DNA from: Bacteroidia bacterium
GTDB lineage: Bacteria > Bacteroidota > Bacteroidia > 2-12-FULL-35-15
DNA: 64,000 nucleotides
Direction: 5' to 3'
Assembly: GCA_036170475.1 (NCBI GenBank)
Contig: JAVHPE010000161.1
Span: 5,559 to 69,558, forward strand
Shown: piece by piece, positions 18,092 through 27,188 of the stretch
How positions within the stretch are numbered: the first letter of the stretch is position 1
Layout: each line of letters starts with the position of its first letter
Position numbers and translations under genes: made by a program
Notes under the pieces: model-generated
What the model was told of the DNA's origin: nothing
Database searches by the model: none
Seen by the model: the letters and a program-made list of their open reading frames with translations, nothing else

Positions 18092-19423
18092 TTGTTCAAA
18101 GAAATAATCAATCAGGTCATTTAATTTTTCAACCGTATAATCTGAATCTCCACCTCCTTCAAAGAATGCGTCAATCGCTTTCGCTATTTCATCTGTTGAA
18201 ATATAGCCATCACCATTTAGATCGGCAGATTTTAACGCAAACGGTATGCTGCTAACACCATTAGGATTGCTTTTGCGAGCACTTTTTGATTTCGCTTCTA
18301 CCTCTTTCAAATATTTTAAACTAGGATTTTCATTAAATAAGTTGCTACGTTCAGTTGCTAATGCATTAAATTCCGTTTGCTTGTCTGAAATCATTTTTTC
18401 AGTTTGTGTAACACCGTTTGCGTCAACAAATGCTCCTTTTTTTGTGAGCGGCTCCTTGTCCATATAATCAGGGACTCCATCTTCATCATTATCTTCGGGG
18501 CAACCATTAGAAGTTATTTTTGTACCCTTGGGAGTTCCCGGGCAAACATCATCGCCGTCTTTTACCCCATCCTCATCAGAATCTAAATTATCTATGGATG
18601 AAAAATCAACGGTTTCGTAAACGGGATTGCTATCATCGTAAGGCTTACCGAAGTTATATTGAATAGCTACATTCGCAAAAATGTAGCGATCATTTGTACC
18701 GTTTTTAAAATTATCGATCCAATCTGTCATAGTTAAATAATAAGAGGCACCCAGATTAATATAAAGATTATCTGTTATCTTAAGATTTACTCCAAGACCA
18801 ACCGGTATTGCAAATGTGCTATTAGAATATTTAGCGCTATCATTTAGTTTAGTTTCATACGTATAATCACGTTGAATAATTTTAGCGCCAGTGGTGCTAT
18901 CAGGTTGATCCCGAATAGTTCCATCAGTCCAGTAGTTATATTTTACTCCATTTTTGTCAGTTAAATCTCCATAAGGATCAAATTTTAAAAAGCCAAAACC
19001 GAAATAAAGATAAGGTGCAAAAATGCTGGTGCGTTTGAATAAAAGATCATTATCAAGATGTATAACTAAATTAAGATCGGCCTGTGTTATTTTTGATTCG
19101 AAATTTAAGTTTCGTTTGGCACCCATTTCACTATCTGCTAATTTCCCGAAGATTCCATTAATTGATACTCCAAAAGCCCTACCAATACGCTGTTCAAGAG
19201 CAACATTGTATCCTCCTCTTATTCTGCTTAAGGAAGTTAAATTTACACCATTTCCAATATCGCCATCAAATGAAAGCACGCCAAACCCAATGGCTAAAGA
19301 GGGGAGCTGTTTTGTTTTTCCCGCTTGCCCATCATCCTTTTTTTTATTTTTTTTGTCTTGCGCATTGTTTATTCCAACCACAGCAAACAATAGTAGCAGG
19401 ATTAACGAAATTTTCTTTATCAT
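18089..19423 (-). CDS. Barrel-TSP3-EF-hand outer-membrane protein, paralogue 3
   Basis: Very similar to paralogue 1. Extra Lys-rich N-terminal stretch (DKKNKKKDDG). EF-hand loop DLNGDGYISTDE and tail LIDYFFEQ. Confidence 0.75.
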   Translation of the reverse strand: MIKKISLILLLLFAVVGINNAQDKKNKKKDDGQAGKTKQLPSLAIGFGVLSFDGDIGNGVNLTSLSRIRGGYNVALEQRIGRAFGVSINGIFGKLADSEMGAKRNLNFESKITQADLNLVIHLDNDLLFKRTSIFAPYLYFGFGFLKFDPYGDLTDKNGVKYNYWTDGTIRDQPDSTTGAKIIQRDYTYETKLNDSAKYSNSTFAIPVGLGVNLKITDNLYINLGASYYLTMTDWIDNFKNGTNDRYIFANVAIQYNFGKPYDDSNPVYETVDFSSIDNLDSDEDGVKDGDDVCPGTPKGTKITSNGCPEDNDEDGVPDYMDKEPLTKKGAFVDANGVTQTEKMISDKQTEFNALATERSNLFNENPSLKYLKEVEAKSKSARKSNPNGVSSIPFALKSADLNGDGYISTDEIAKAIDAFFEGGGDSDYTVEKLNDLIDYFFEQ

Positions 19424-19687
19424 ATCGTATAGATTTAATAATAGCTAACACTTTTTCGAATGACTAAATTAGTGATTTTTTTAATATTAGTACAATTACA
19501 AAATAACTAAGCGAACCAAACTCCATAACAATCACAATATCAAATAGTTGGACAAACGGAAAACAGTAACCTATTTTGAAAAATTGCACACAAATTACGA
19601 ATCGTTACGAATAAACAAATTGTTGAGGGTTAGTAAATTCAAAATGATTTTACAGTTCGTAAGAAATGGATGAAAAGCATTTACAAT

Positions 19688-20797
19688 TTAATTGAGGCGG
19701 GTTTCGTATTCATACAATTTGCCATTATATAAAAAGCCGGTAGTATTTTTTCCATATTTCAAAACAGGCAGATCTCTGTATAGTTCAATTTGTATGGGTA
19801 TCTCGACTAAAAAATTATCCATCACTTTCCCTTTATAAAAATATTTCGCCCTGTTCGCGTTATCCAGATATAATAAGGAGTTTATACCAATTATCCTGTT
19901 TTTTTGCTCAATAATTTTTTCGAGCAGATATACTTTCCCTTCATAAAATAGTTTCAGCTCAGGTTTAAAATAATAAACAATTACATTTTCCTTCGCCTGA
20001 TAGGCGGTAGGTATGTATGATTCTAACTTTGTTGATTCTCCATTATAATACACCATAAAATTATCATCCATATCAAAATAACTTATTATGTTATCACTAA
20101 CAGTAAAGCTTTTGGGTAATTGGGTAGAGATTATTTTTATTTCACCATGATCAAATACATTGAAGGTGCTGTTAAACCTGTCAATATATGCGACAATATC
20201 TCTTCCGCATCTATAATTTCGAATGTCCGATGCTTGTGTTTCAATCACTTGTCCCTTATAATAAATTTTAAAATTATTGTTTAAATCGCTATAAGCAAAA
20301 ATATTTTTACCCGCTTTGCCTCCTTTGATAACCTTTGTAGAAACAGCCACTTCAATCGTTTTTATTTCTCCGCTTTCATACGCCATAATATCCAGACCAG
20401 GCAAAGCCTGCCAGATAACGATTGAATCACCGGCAAAAAAACGATCGGTCCAACTTGCTAACTCTGTTTTTCTTCCGTTTTGATAAAGCATCAGGCGCTG
20501 TTCCATTTTATAAACCAAGGCATACGCGGTAGCAACTATTTTATCGGGTACTGACTCTTCAATAGTTTTTGTTTCGCCATTGCAATACACTTTTAAATTA
20601 CTTTGCTTATCAATATAAGCAAGGTAATCATTGCCTATTTTAATACTATCAACAGGATAGCTTTCTAATTGCAGTGTATTGCCTTTATCAAAAACATAAA
20701 AATGATCATAGGAATCATAGTAATAGCCAATGCCTTCCTGTCCGAATGAAATTAAAACAATCAACAGAAGAAATGAAGTAAAAAATGTTTTTTTCAT
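19688..20797 (-). CDS. Secreted repeat protein (about 9-10 units of ~36 aa with a hydrophobic-x-hydrophobic-Y-x-x-G core)
   Basis: Signal peptide MKKTFFTSFLLLIVLISFGQ. Recurring units are LKVYCNGETK, LMLYQNGRKT, FKIYYKGQVI, FNVFDHGEIK, FMVYYNGEST, LKLFYEGKVY, AKYFYKGKVM and FLYNGKLY. Confidence 0.6.
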   Translation of the reverse strand: MKKTFFTSFLLLIVLISFGQEGIGYYYDSYDHFYVFDKGNTLQLESYPVDSIKIGNDYLAYIDKQSNLKVYCNGETKTIEESVPDKIVATAYALVYKMEQRLMLYQNGRKTELASWTDRFFAGDSIVIWQALPGLDIMAYESGEIKTIEVAVSTKVIKGGKAGKNIFAYSDLNNNFKIYYKGQVIETQASDIRNYRCGRDIVAYIDRFNSTFNVFDHGEIKIISTQLPKSFTVSDNIISYFDMDDNFMVYYNGESTKLESYIPTAYQAKENVIVYYFKPELKLFYEGKVYLLEKIIEQKNRIIGINSLLYLDNANRAKYFYKGKVMDNFLVEIPIQIELYRDLPVLKYGKNTTGFLYNGKLYEYETRLN

Positions 20798-21079
20798 TAA
20801 AATTGACTAGAATAATAAGGATGATTTTCTCAGAAATAATATATCAATAGTAAACACAAAATAATTTTAACGTGTTGAAGAAGGAAAAATTTGTGCAGGG
20901 ACTATTATATATATTTCAGGCAAAAATCATTTTTAAAATTATAAAACTCAAAAGAAAAGATTTGCCACAAAATCCACAGATAGCACGGTTTTTTTTATTT
21001 TTCAGATTAAATATTTAATTTGAAAAAATCGTGGAATATGTATAAAAAAACAAATACTTTGTAGCAAAAACAATTTGTA

Positions 21080-21793
21080 TTAAAAATTCGGTTTCAACAA
21101 ATACTTAGAATAAAATTCATTAATAATAGCCACCGCTTCATCTGCGGTATCAACTATTTTAAACAGCTCTAAATCTTTTTCGTTGATGTTGTGTTCTTGA
21201 ATCAACATGGTTTCTTTTACCCAACTCATCAATCCTTCCCAATATTTTTTTCCTACCCATACAATCGGGAAATGGGCTATTTTATTAGTTTGCATAAGTG
21301 TGATGGCTTCAAATAATTCATCTAATGTTCCAAAACCACCAGGCATAGCGATAAATCCCTGAGAATATTTCAGGAAAATAGTTTTACGAACAAAGAAATA
21401 ATCGAAGTTGATATTTTTATCGTTATCAATATAGGGATTAGAGGTTTGTTCAAAAGGTAAATCAATATTTAAGCCTACAGACTTTCCTCCACCCGCTTTA
21501 GCGCCTTTGTTAGCGGCTTCCATGATACCCGGACCGCCACCGGTAATTACACCATAGCCCTCCCGTGTGAGCTTAAAAGCGATTTCTTCTGCAAGCTTAT
21601 AGTAAGGGTTTTCAGGTTTTGTACGTGCCGAACCAAAAACAGTAACACAAGGACCAATACGGCTCATTTTTTCAAAGCCTTCCACAAACTCACTCATTAT
21701 TTTAAAAATCTGCCAGGAGTCAGAGGCTTTTATATCGTTCCAATCTTTAGAGGCAAAGGCTTTACGTATTTTATCTTCGTCTTGATTTGTCAT
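21080..21793 (-). CDS. LOG-family / TIGR00730 Rossmann-fold nucleotide-binding protein (cytokinin riboside 5'-monophosphate phosphoribohydrolase-like)
   Basis: Motifs GGGPGIMEAANKGA and PGGFGTLDELFE. Confidence 0.85.
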   Translation of the reverse strand: MTNQDEDKIRKAFASKDWNDIKASDSWQIFKIMSEFVEGFEKMSRIGPCVTVFGSARTKPENPYYKLAEEIAFKLTREGYGVITGGGPGIMEAANKGAKAGGGKSVGLNIDLPFEQTSNPYIDNDKNINFDYFFVRKTIFLKYSQGFIAMPGGFGTLDELFEAITLMQTNKIAHFPIVWVGKKYWEGLMSWVKETMLIQEHNINEKDLELFKIVDTADEAVAIINEFYSKYLLKPNF

Positions 21794-21803
21794 ATACTAC
21801 AAA

Positions 21804-21847
21804 TTGTTTTATTGTTTTATTGTTTTACGTTTTATTGTTTTACGTTT
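21804..21847. repeat. Short tandem repeat (ttgttttattgttttacg-type units)
   Basis: attgttttattgttttattgttttacgttttattgttttacgttt seen directly between uvrA and the LOG gene. Confidence 0.5.
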
Positions 21848-21880
21848 CTCAATCTCACTCCCTCTCTATCGGAGAGTGGA

Positions 21881-24742
21881 TTAAGGGGAAAGGTATTCTT
21901 TTAAAAATTTTGCGGTAAAACTAACATTATTTTTTATAATTTCTTCAGGTGTGCCTATGCAAAGTATGTTTCCTCCTCCATTTCCCCCTTCTAAGCCCAA
22001 ATCTATAATATAATCAGCCACTTTTATAATGTCCAAATTGTGTTCAATTACCAACACGGTATTTCCGCTATTAACCAATTTATCTAATACTTCCAGCAAT
22101 ATCCGAATGTCTTCAAAATGTAAACCTGTTGTTGGCTCATCTAAAATATAAAATGTGTTTCCTGTATTTCGTTTTGATAATTCAGTAGCCAATTTAACAC
22201 GTTGTGCTTCTCCACCTGATAATGTAGTGCTTTGCTGACCCAATGTAATATAACCTAAACCAACATCATGTAAGGTTTTTATTTTTTGAATAATAGAAGG
22301 AATGCTTGCAAAAAAATCAACGGCAACATCAATAGTCATATTTAGTACATCACTGATTGATTTTCCTTTAAAGCGAATTTCTAAGGTTTCTTTGTTATAA
22401 CGTTTTCCATTGCAGGTTTCACAATTGACATATACATCAGGTAAAAAGTTCATTTCGATAGTTCGCAATCCTGCACCCTGACAGGTTTCGCAGCGACCAC
22501 CTTTTACGTTGAAAGAAAATCGCCCGGGTTTATAACCGCGGATTTTTGCTTCCGGAATTTCAGCAAATAAATTCCTAATATCCGCGAAAACGGCGGTATA
22601 TGTTGCCGGGTTGCTCCGTGGAGTGCGTCCGATAGGCGATTGGTCAATTTCAATCACTTTATCAATATGCTCTATACCGGTAATGGATTTATACGGCATT
22701 GGTTTTTTTTCAGAACGATAAAAATATTTATTTAATATCGGATACAACGTTTCATTTACCAATGTAGATTTGCCACTCCCGGAAACACCGGTAACACAAA
22801 TAAATTTTCCTAAAGGAAATTCAACTGATACATTTTTTAAATTATTACCGGTTGCTCCTTTTAAAATTAAAAATTTGCCATTACCTTTTCTTCTTTCAGT
22901 TGGTGTTTTAATTTCCCTTATTCCATTAATATATTCAGCAGTAAGTGTGCTGAATTTTAAAATTTCTGTTGGTGTGCCTTGAGCTATAATCCGTCCACCA
23001 TGCACCCCTGCGAATGGTCCAATATCAATAACATGATCAGCCGCTAAAATCATTTCTTTATCGTGTTCCACAACAATAACCGAATTACCAATATCTCTAA
23101 GATTTTTCAAGGCTTTGATCAACCGCATATTATCCCGTTGGTGCAACCCAATACTTGGTTCATCTAAAATATATAAAACTCCTACCAATTGTGAACCAAT
23201 TTGTGTTGCCAGCCGTATGCGCTGTGCCTCGCCACCTGAGAGACTTCTGGAGCTTCGGTTAAGTGACAGGTAATCCAAACCTACATCAAGCAAAAATGAA
23301 ATGCGTGTACGAATTTCTTTTAATACCTCTTTTGCAATTATTTTTTGCTTAGCGCTCAGGCGTTTTTCAATATTCTTGAACCAATCGTTGAGTTCACTAA
23401 TTCCCATTTCTGATAATTCAGAAATACTTTTACCATCCACTTTGAAATGTAAAGATTCTTTCTTCAACCTGGTACCATTACATTTCGGACAGCAGACTTT
23501 GTTCATAAAACCTTGCACCCACTTTTCAGTAGTCGGAGAACTTTGTTCATCATTTTGTTTCGCGATAAAATTAGCGATACCTTCAAATGCTATACTATAG
23601 CTGGTTGCGGAACTCTCAGCGAATTGTTTCATTTTAAATATTTCATCTGAACCAAATAAAATAGTATTGATGGCTTCATCTGAAATATCATCCAATGGCG
23701 TATCTATTGTAAATCCGTATTTATCACCAATTGCCTCTAATTGCTTAAAGATCCAGGTAGTTTTATAAACACCTATCGGTACAATACCGCCTTTTCGGAT
23801 GCTTGATTTTTTATTAGGAATTATTTTATTAATGTCCACTTCAGACACCAGTCCTAAGCCGTTGCATTTTGGACAAGCACCGTAAGGCGAATTAAAAGAA
23901 AACAAATTGGGCTGTGGCTCATCGTAAGAAATACCGGATACGGGGCACATCAAATGCCTACTATAATATTCTATTTTTCCATACTCTTCCTCTAAAGTGC
24001 CTTTTGAAAAAGGCTGTACCATTATTATCCCTTTACCCTGTTTCATTGCTAATTGCAATGATTCTGAAATTCGCTGACGAGATTCATCATTCACTTCTAA
24101 TCTGTCAATTACAATTTCGATGTCATGAACTTTATAACGATCTAATTCAAACCGTTTAGTTAATTCACGTACTTCACCATCTATCCGGACACGTAAATAT
24201 CCCCATTTTTTTATTTGTTCAAACAATTCGCGGTAATGCCCTTTACGGCCTTTTACAATAGGTGCAAGCATTAAAATTTTTTTACCGGAGAACTTTTCAA
24301 GAATAAGATTTAATATCTGCTCATCGGAATAACGCACCATTTTTTCGCCGGTTACATAAGAATAAGCTTCGGAGGCGCGGGCAAAAAGCAAGCGCAAAAA
24401 ATCATAAATTTCAGTAATGGTGCCTACTGTAGAACGGGGATTTTTGTTAACCGTTTTTTGTTCAATGGAAATAACAGGGCTTAAACCCGTGATTTTATCA
24501 ACATCAGGACGTTCCATAGTACCCAAAAATTGTCTTGCATAAGCTGAAAAACTTTCGATATAACGTCTTTGACCTTCAGCATAAATGGTATCAAACGCCA
24601 GCGATGATTTACCACTTCCGCTTAATCCAGTAATTACCACAAACTGATTACGCGGAATAACAACATCAATATTTTTTAGGTTATGTACACGTGCCCCTAT
24701 AACTTCGAGGAATTCACTCTGGCTTACTATTTCTGTGGACAT
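21881..24742 (-). CDS. uvrA: Excinuclease ABC subunit A
   Basis: 953 aa. Two ABC ATPase modules (GLSGSGKSS, GVSGSGKST, LSGGEAQR twice) and zinc-finger Cys pairs (CPKCNG, CETCQG). Confidence 0.97.
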   Translation of the reverse strand: MSTEIVSQSEFLEVIGARVHNLKNIDVVIPRNQFVVITGLSGSGKSSLAFDTIYAEGQRRYIESFSAYARQFLGTMERPDVDKITGLSPVISIEQKTVNKNPRSTVGTITEIYDFLRLLFARASEAYSYVTGEKMVRYSDEQILNLILEKFSGKKILMLAPIVKGRKGHYRELFEQIKKWGYLRVRIDGEVRELTKRFELDRYKVHDIEIVIDRLEVNDESRQRISESLQLAMKQGKGIIMVQPFSKGTLEEEYGKIEYYSRHLMCPVSGISYDEPQPNLFSFNSPYGACPKCNGLGLVSEVDINKIIPNKKSSIRKGGIVPIGVYKTTWIFKQLEAIGDKYGFTIDTPLDDISDEAINTILFGSDEIFKMKQFAESSATSYSIAFEGIANFIAKQNDEQSSPTTEKWVQGFMNKVCCPKCNGTRLKKESLHFKVDGKSISELSEMGISELNDWFKNIEKRLSAKQKIIAKEVLKEIRTRISFLLDVGLDYLSLNRSSRSLSGGEAQRIRLATQIGSQLVGVLYILDEPSIGLHQRDNMRLIKALKNLRDIGNSVIVVEHDKEMILAADHVIDIGPFAGVHGGRIIAQGTPTEILKFSTLTAEYINGIREIKTPTERRKGNGKFLILKGATGNNLKNVSVEFPLGKFICVTGVSGSGKSTLVNETLYPILNKYFYRSEKKPMPYKSITGIEHIDKVIEIDQSPIGRTPRSNPATYTAVFADIRNLFAEIPEAKIRGYKPGRFSFNVKGGRCETCQGAGLRTIEMNFLPDVYVNCETCNGKRYNKETLEIRFKGKSISDVLNMTIDVAVDFFASIPSIIQKIKTLHDVGLGYITLGQQSTTLSGGEAQRVKLATELSKRNTGNTFYILDEPTTGLHFEDIRILLEVLDKLVNSGNTVLVIEHNLDIIKVADYIIDLGLEGGNGGGNILCIGTPEEIIKNNVSFTAKFLKEYLSP

Positions 24743-24797
24743 TTTAATATTAAGAATTCGAAATTAAGAATTGGAGATAAAAATGTAAAAAAACACA

Positions 24798-25451
24798 CTA
24801 TCTGATAGTCGGGATCGTGGAATTTCCCATGCCCCATTGTGTTACTGGAGATAAAAATAATGATTCCGCGGCATTTGAACTATTAGGATTGTAGCCATAT
24901 TTTCCAGTTCCTGAGTTTAAATTATAGTCGCCGTTCCCCTGTGAAATGTATGCTTTAAAACCAATTGAGCTATGTTCAGTAACTTTATATTCCAATCCAA
25001 CTAAGGCTGCTTTAAAGTTATTTTGTTTAGTGCTCATATTGTTAGCATCCATCATCACGGCGCCCGACATTATTAATCTCGGGTTTAACAGATAATTACC
25101 TCCAACAAAAACTAAATTCCCTGAAATGGGCTTATTGCTTGTATTTAAAACAGACTCATTCGGGCTTAATTGCATAAATGTGTTTCCTGATGCTGAATAA
25201 TGCATTAAACCAACATTCAAGTTAAATTTAGGAGTTACCTGATATCCAATTTTGGGAGCAATAAAAGAACTAAATACCGCACTTTTCGAAGAATTTAAGA
25301 AGCTAACACCAGTTCCTGCCATAACCGAGGTGGTTATTTTATCCTTCACACTTGTTTTCGGTTTTGAGAAATAATCGTCCTCTGTAGTAGTTTGCGCAAC
25401 GATAACAGAGGAACAACACAAAATCAAAATAGGAGTTATTAACTTTTTCAT
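24798..25451 (-). CDS. Small outer-membrane beta-barrel-like protein
   Basis: ATG 25451 gives a signal peptide MKKLITPILILCCSSVIVAQ. The rest shows an alternating beta-strand-like pattern. The ORF-track extension to 25598 runs through the ttaagaat repeat region. Confidence 0.55.
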   Translation of the reverse strand: MKKLITPILILCCSSVIVAQTTTEDDYFSKPKTSVKDKITTSVMAGTGVSFLNSSKSAVFSSFIAPKIGYQVTPKFNLNVGLMHYSASGNTFMQLSPNESVLNTSNKPISGNLVFVGGNYLLNPRLIMSGAVMMDANNMSTKQNNFKAALVGLEYKVTEHSSIGFKAYISQGNGDYNLNSGTGKYGYNPNSSNAAESLFLSPVTQWGMGNSTIPTIR

Positions 25452-25641
25452 CGTTATAAATTGTTTCTCAAAGTTAAACAAAAATAAATTAAACAAATAC
25501 TTTTGTGAATATCTTAAATTAAGAATGTAGAATTTAGAATTAAGAATTGAAATTCTGATACAATTTAAAAATGGGAATTCAAATTGTGAATTCTGCATTC
25601 TTAATTCTTAATTAATTCAGCATTCTATCAAAATACAGAAC

Positions 25642-25890
25642 ATGAAATTATTCATTAAAAATATCGATAAAGATATAAACGAAATGCAGTTAGAAGGCAT
25701 TTTTGCAAAATTTGGAGAGGTGCTCTCAACTAAAATAGTTTATGATACCATTACCTGGGAATCAAAAGGATTTGCTTTTCTTGAAATGGCAAAGAAAGAA
25801 GATGGACAAAAAGCCATTGAAGCTTTAAATGGTAAAGCATTAAGAGGTCGTGAATTGATAGTTCAGGAAGCGGAGGAAAGAAGGAAGTGA
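25642..25890 (+). CDS. RRM-type RNA-binding protein
   Basis: 82 aa. RNP-2 LFIKNI and RNP-1 KGFAFLEM. Confidence 0.85.
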   Translation: MKLFIKNIDKDINEMQLEGIFAKFGEVLSTKIVYDTITWESKGFAFLEMAKKEDGQKAIEALNGKALRGRELIVQEAEERRK

Positions 25891-25937
25891 AAAATCAGCC
25901 TCTCCAAAGCTCCCCGAAAGGGAGCGACTTATCTTCA

Positions 25938-27089
25938 TTGTATAGCTTACCTTTTTATATTCTCTTCTTTCTTTTTTTGTGCTCCTGTGGAAACAACGAA
26001 CCTGTTTCACAAAATCCGGGAATTGCTTCTGTTGTCGAGGATAGTGCGGCAATAAAGACTGTAAAAAAAATATATAATTCTAAAAAAGGGCTGCAATTAA
26101 ATGTGCTTTTCAAAAACAAAGTTAAAACGAATGGTTTTAACGGTTGTGTGTTGGTGGCTCAGCACGGACAAGTGATTTATGAAAATGCGATTGGGTTTTC
26201 AAATTTAAAAACAAAGAGTCCATTAACTATCAATTCAACATTTCAATTAGCTTCCACTTCAAAACCTTTAACTGCAGCGGCAATCCTATTGTTAAAAGAT
26301 CGTGGTAAACTTAATTTAACAGATAACCTTCAAAAATTTTTTCCTGACTTTCCATACTATAATATTACTTTGCAAATGCTTCTTACCCATCGTTCGGGCT
26401 TAAGCAATTATCTTTATTTTGGGGAACCGTATTGTGATGAAAACAATTGTTATAATGGAAAAACGTTTGATAATAATTCGATGATTCAATTAATGATGAG
26501 CGTGAAACCACCTATTTATTATGCTCCCAACAAAAAATTTGAATACTGCAATACCAATTACGCATTGCTTGCATCAATTATTGAAAAAGTGTCAGGGCTA
26601 AGCTATGCCGATTTTATGACTCAGAATATTTTCAAACCACTGGGAATGAACGATACCTGGGTTCATCGTCCGAAAAATGATACGTTGTATAAAAACAAAA
26701 CTACCGGGCACACTGCTAATGGCTTGATTGAAAAGGATATTTACGCTGATGATGTAATCGGAGATAAAGGGATTTATTCATCTGTTGATGACTTATTTAA
26801 ATGGGATCAGGCTTTATATTCTGAAAAACTTTTAAAGAAAAAAACAATTGAAGAAGCTTTTACAGGCTATAGCAATGAGCATAAAGGGAAGCGCAATTAT
26901 GGATACGGCTGGCGGTTAATTGATGACAACAAAGGCAATAAAATTGTTTATCACAACGGCTGGTGGCACGGATATAGCAGCCTGTTTTTTCGCAGAATAA
27001 AGGATCAAACTACTGTTATTTTATTATCTAATAAATACAATGGTAATATTTATCATATTGAAGATGTTTTAGCTATCCTTGATAATTAG
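25938..27089 (+). CDS. Serine hydrolase / class C beta-lactamase-family lipoprotein
   Basis: SxxK motif ASTSKPLT and YxN-like NTNYALL. TTG 25938 gives MYSLPFYILFFLFLCSC (lipobox). The alternative GTG 25887 overlaps the RRM stop but reads through a GC-rich hairpin. Confidence 0.7.
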   Translation: MYSLPFYILFFLFLCSCGNNEPVSQNPGIASVVEDSAAIKTVKKIYNSKKGLQLNVLFKNKVKTNGFNGCVLVAQHGQVIYENAIGFSNLKTKSPLTINSTFQLASTSKPLTAAAILLLKDRGKLNLTDNLQKFFPDFPYYNITLQMLLTHRSGLSNYLYFGEPYCDENNCYNGKTFDNNSMIQLMMSVKPPIYYAPNKKFEYCNTNYALLASIIEKVSGLSYADFMTQNIFKPLGMNDTWVHRPKNDTLYKNKTTGHTANGLIEKDIYADDVIGDKGIYSSVDDLFKWDQALYSEKLLKKKTIEEAFTGYSNEHKGKRNYGYGWRLIDDNKGNKIVYHNGWWHGYSSLFFRRIKDQTTVILLSNKYNGNIYHIEDVLAILDN

Positions 27090-27188
27090 TGTCTGTCCAT
27101 AGAGTCGAGAGTCTGAACTATAATTAATTCCCAATCCAGCGTATGGCATTGTCCTCCTAACAAAAAAAACATTGACATTCAAAGAATA

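Noticed and set aside
25452-25598. N-terminal extension of the 24798 ORF through the ttaagaat/gaattc repeat region
   Set aside because: The internal ATG 25451 gives a proper signal peptide. The upstream part translates repeat DNA (ILNSKFYILNL).
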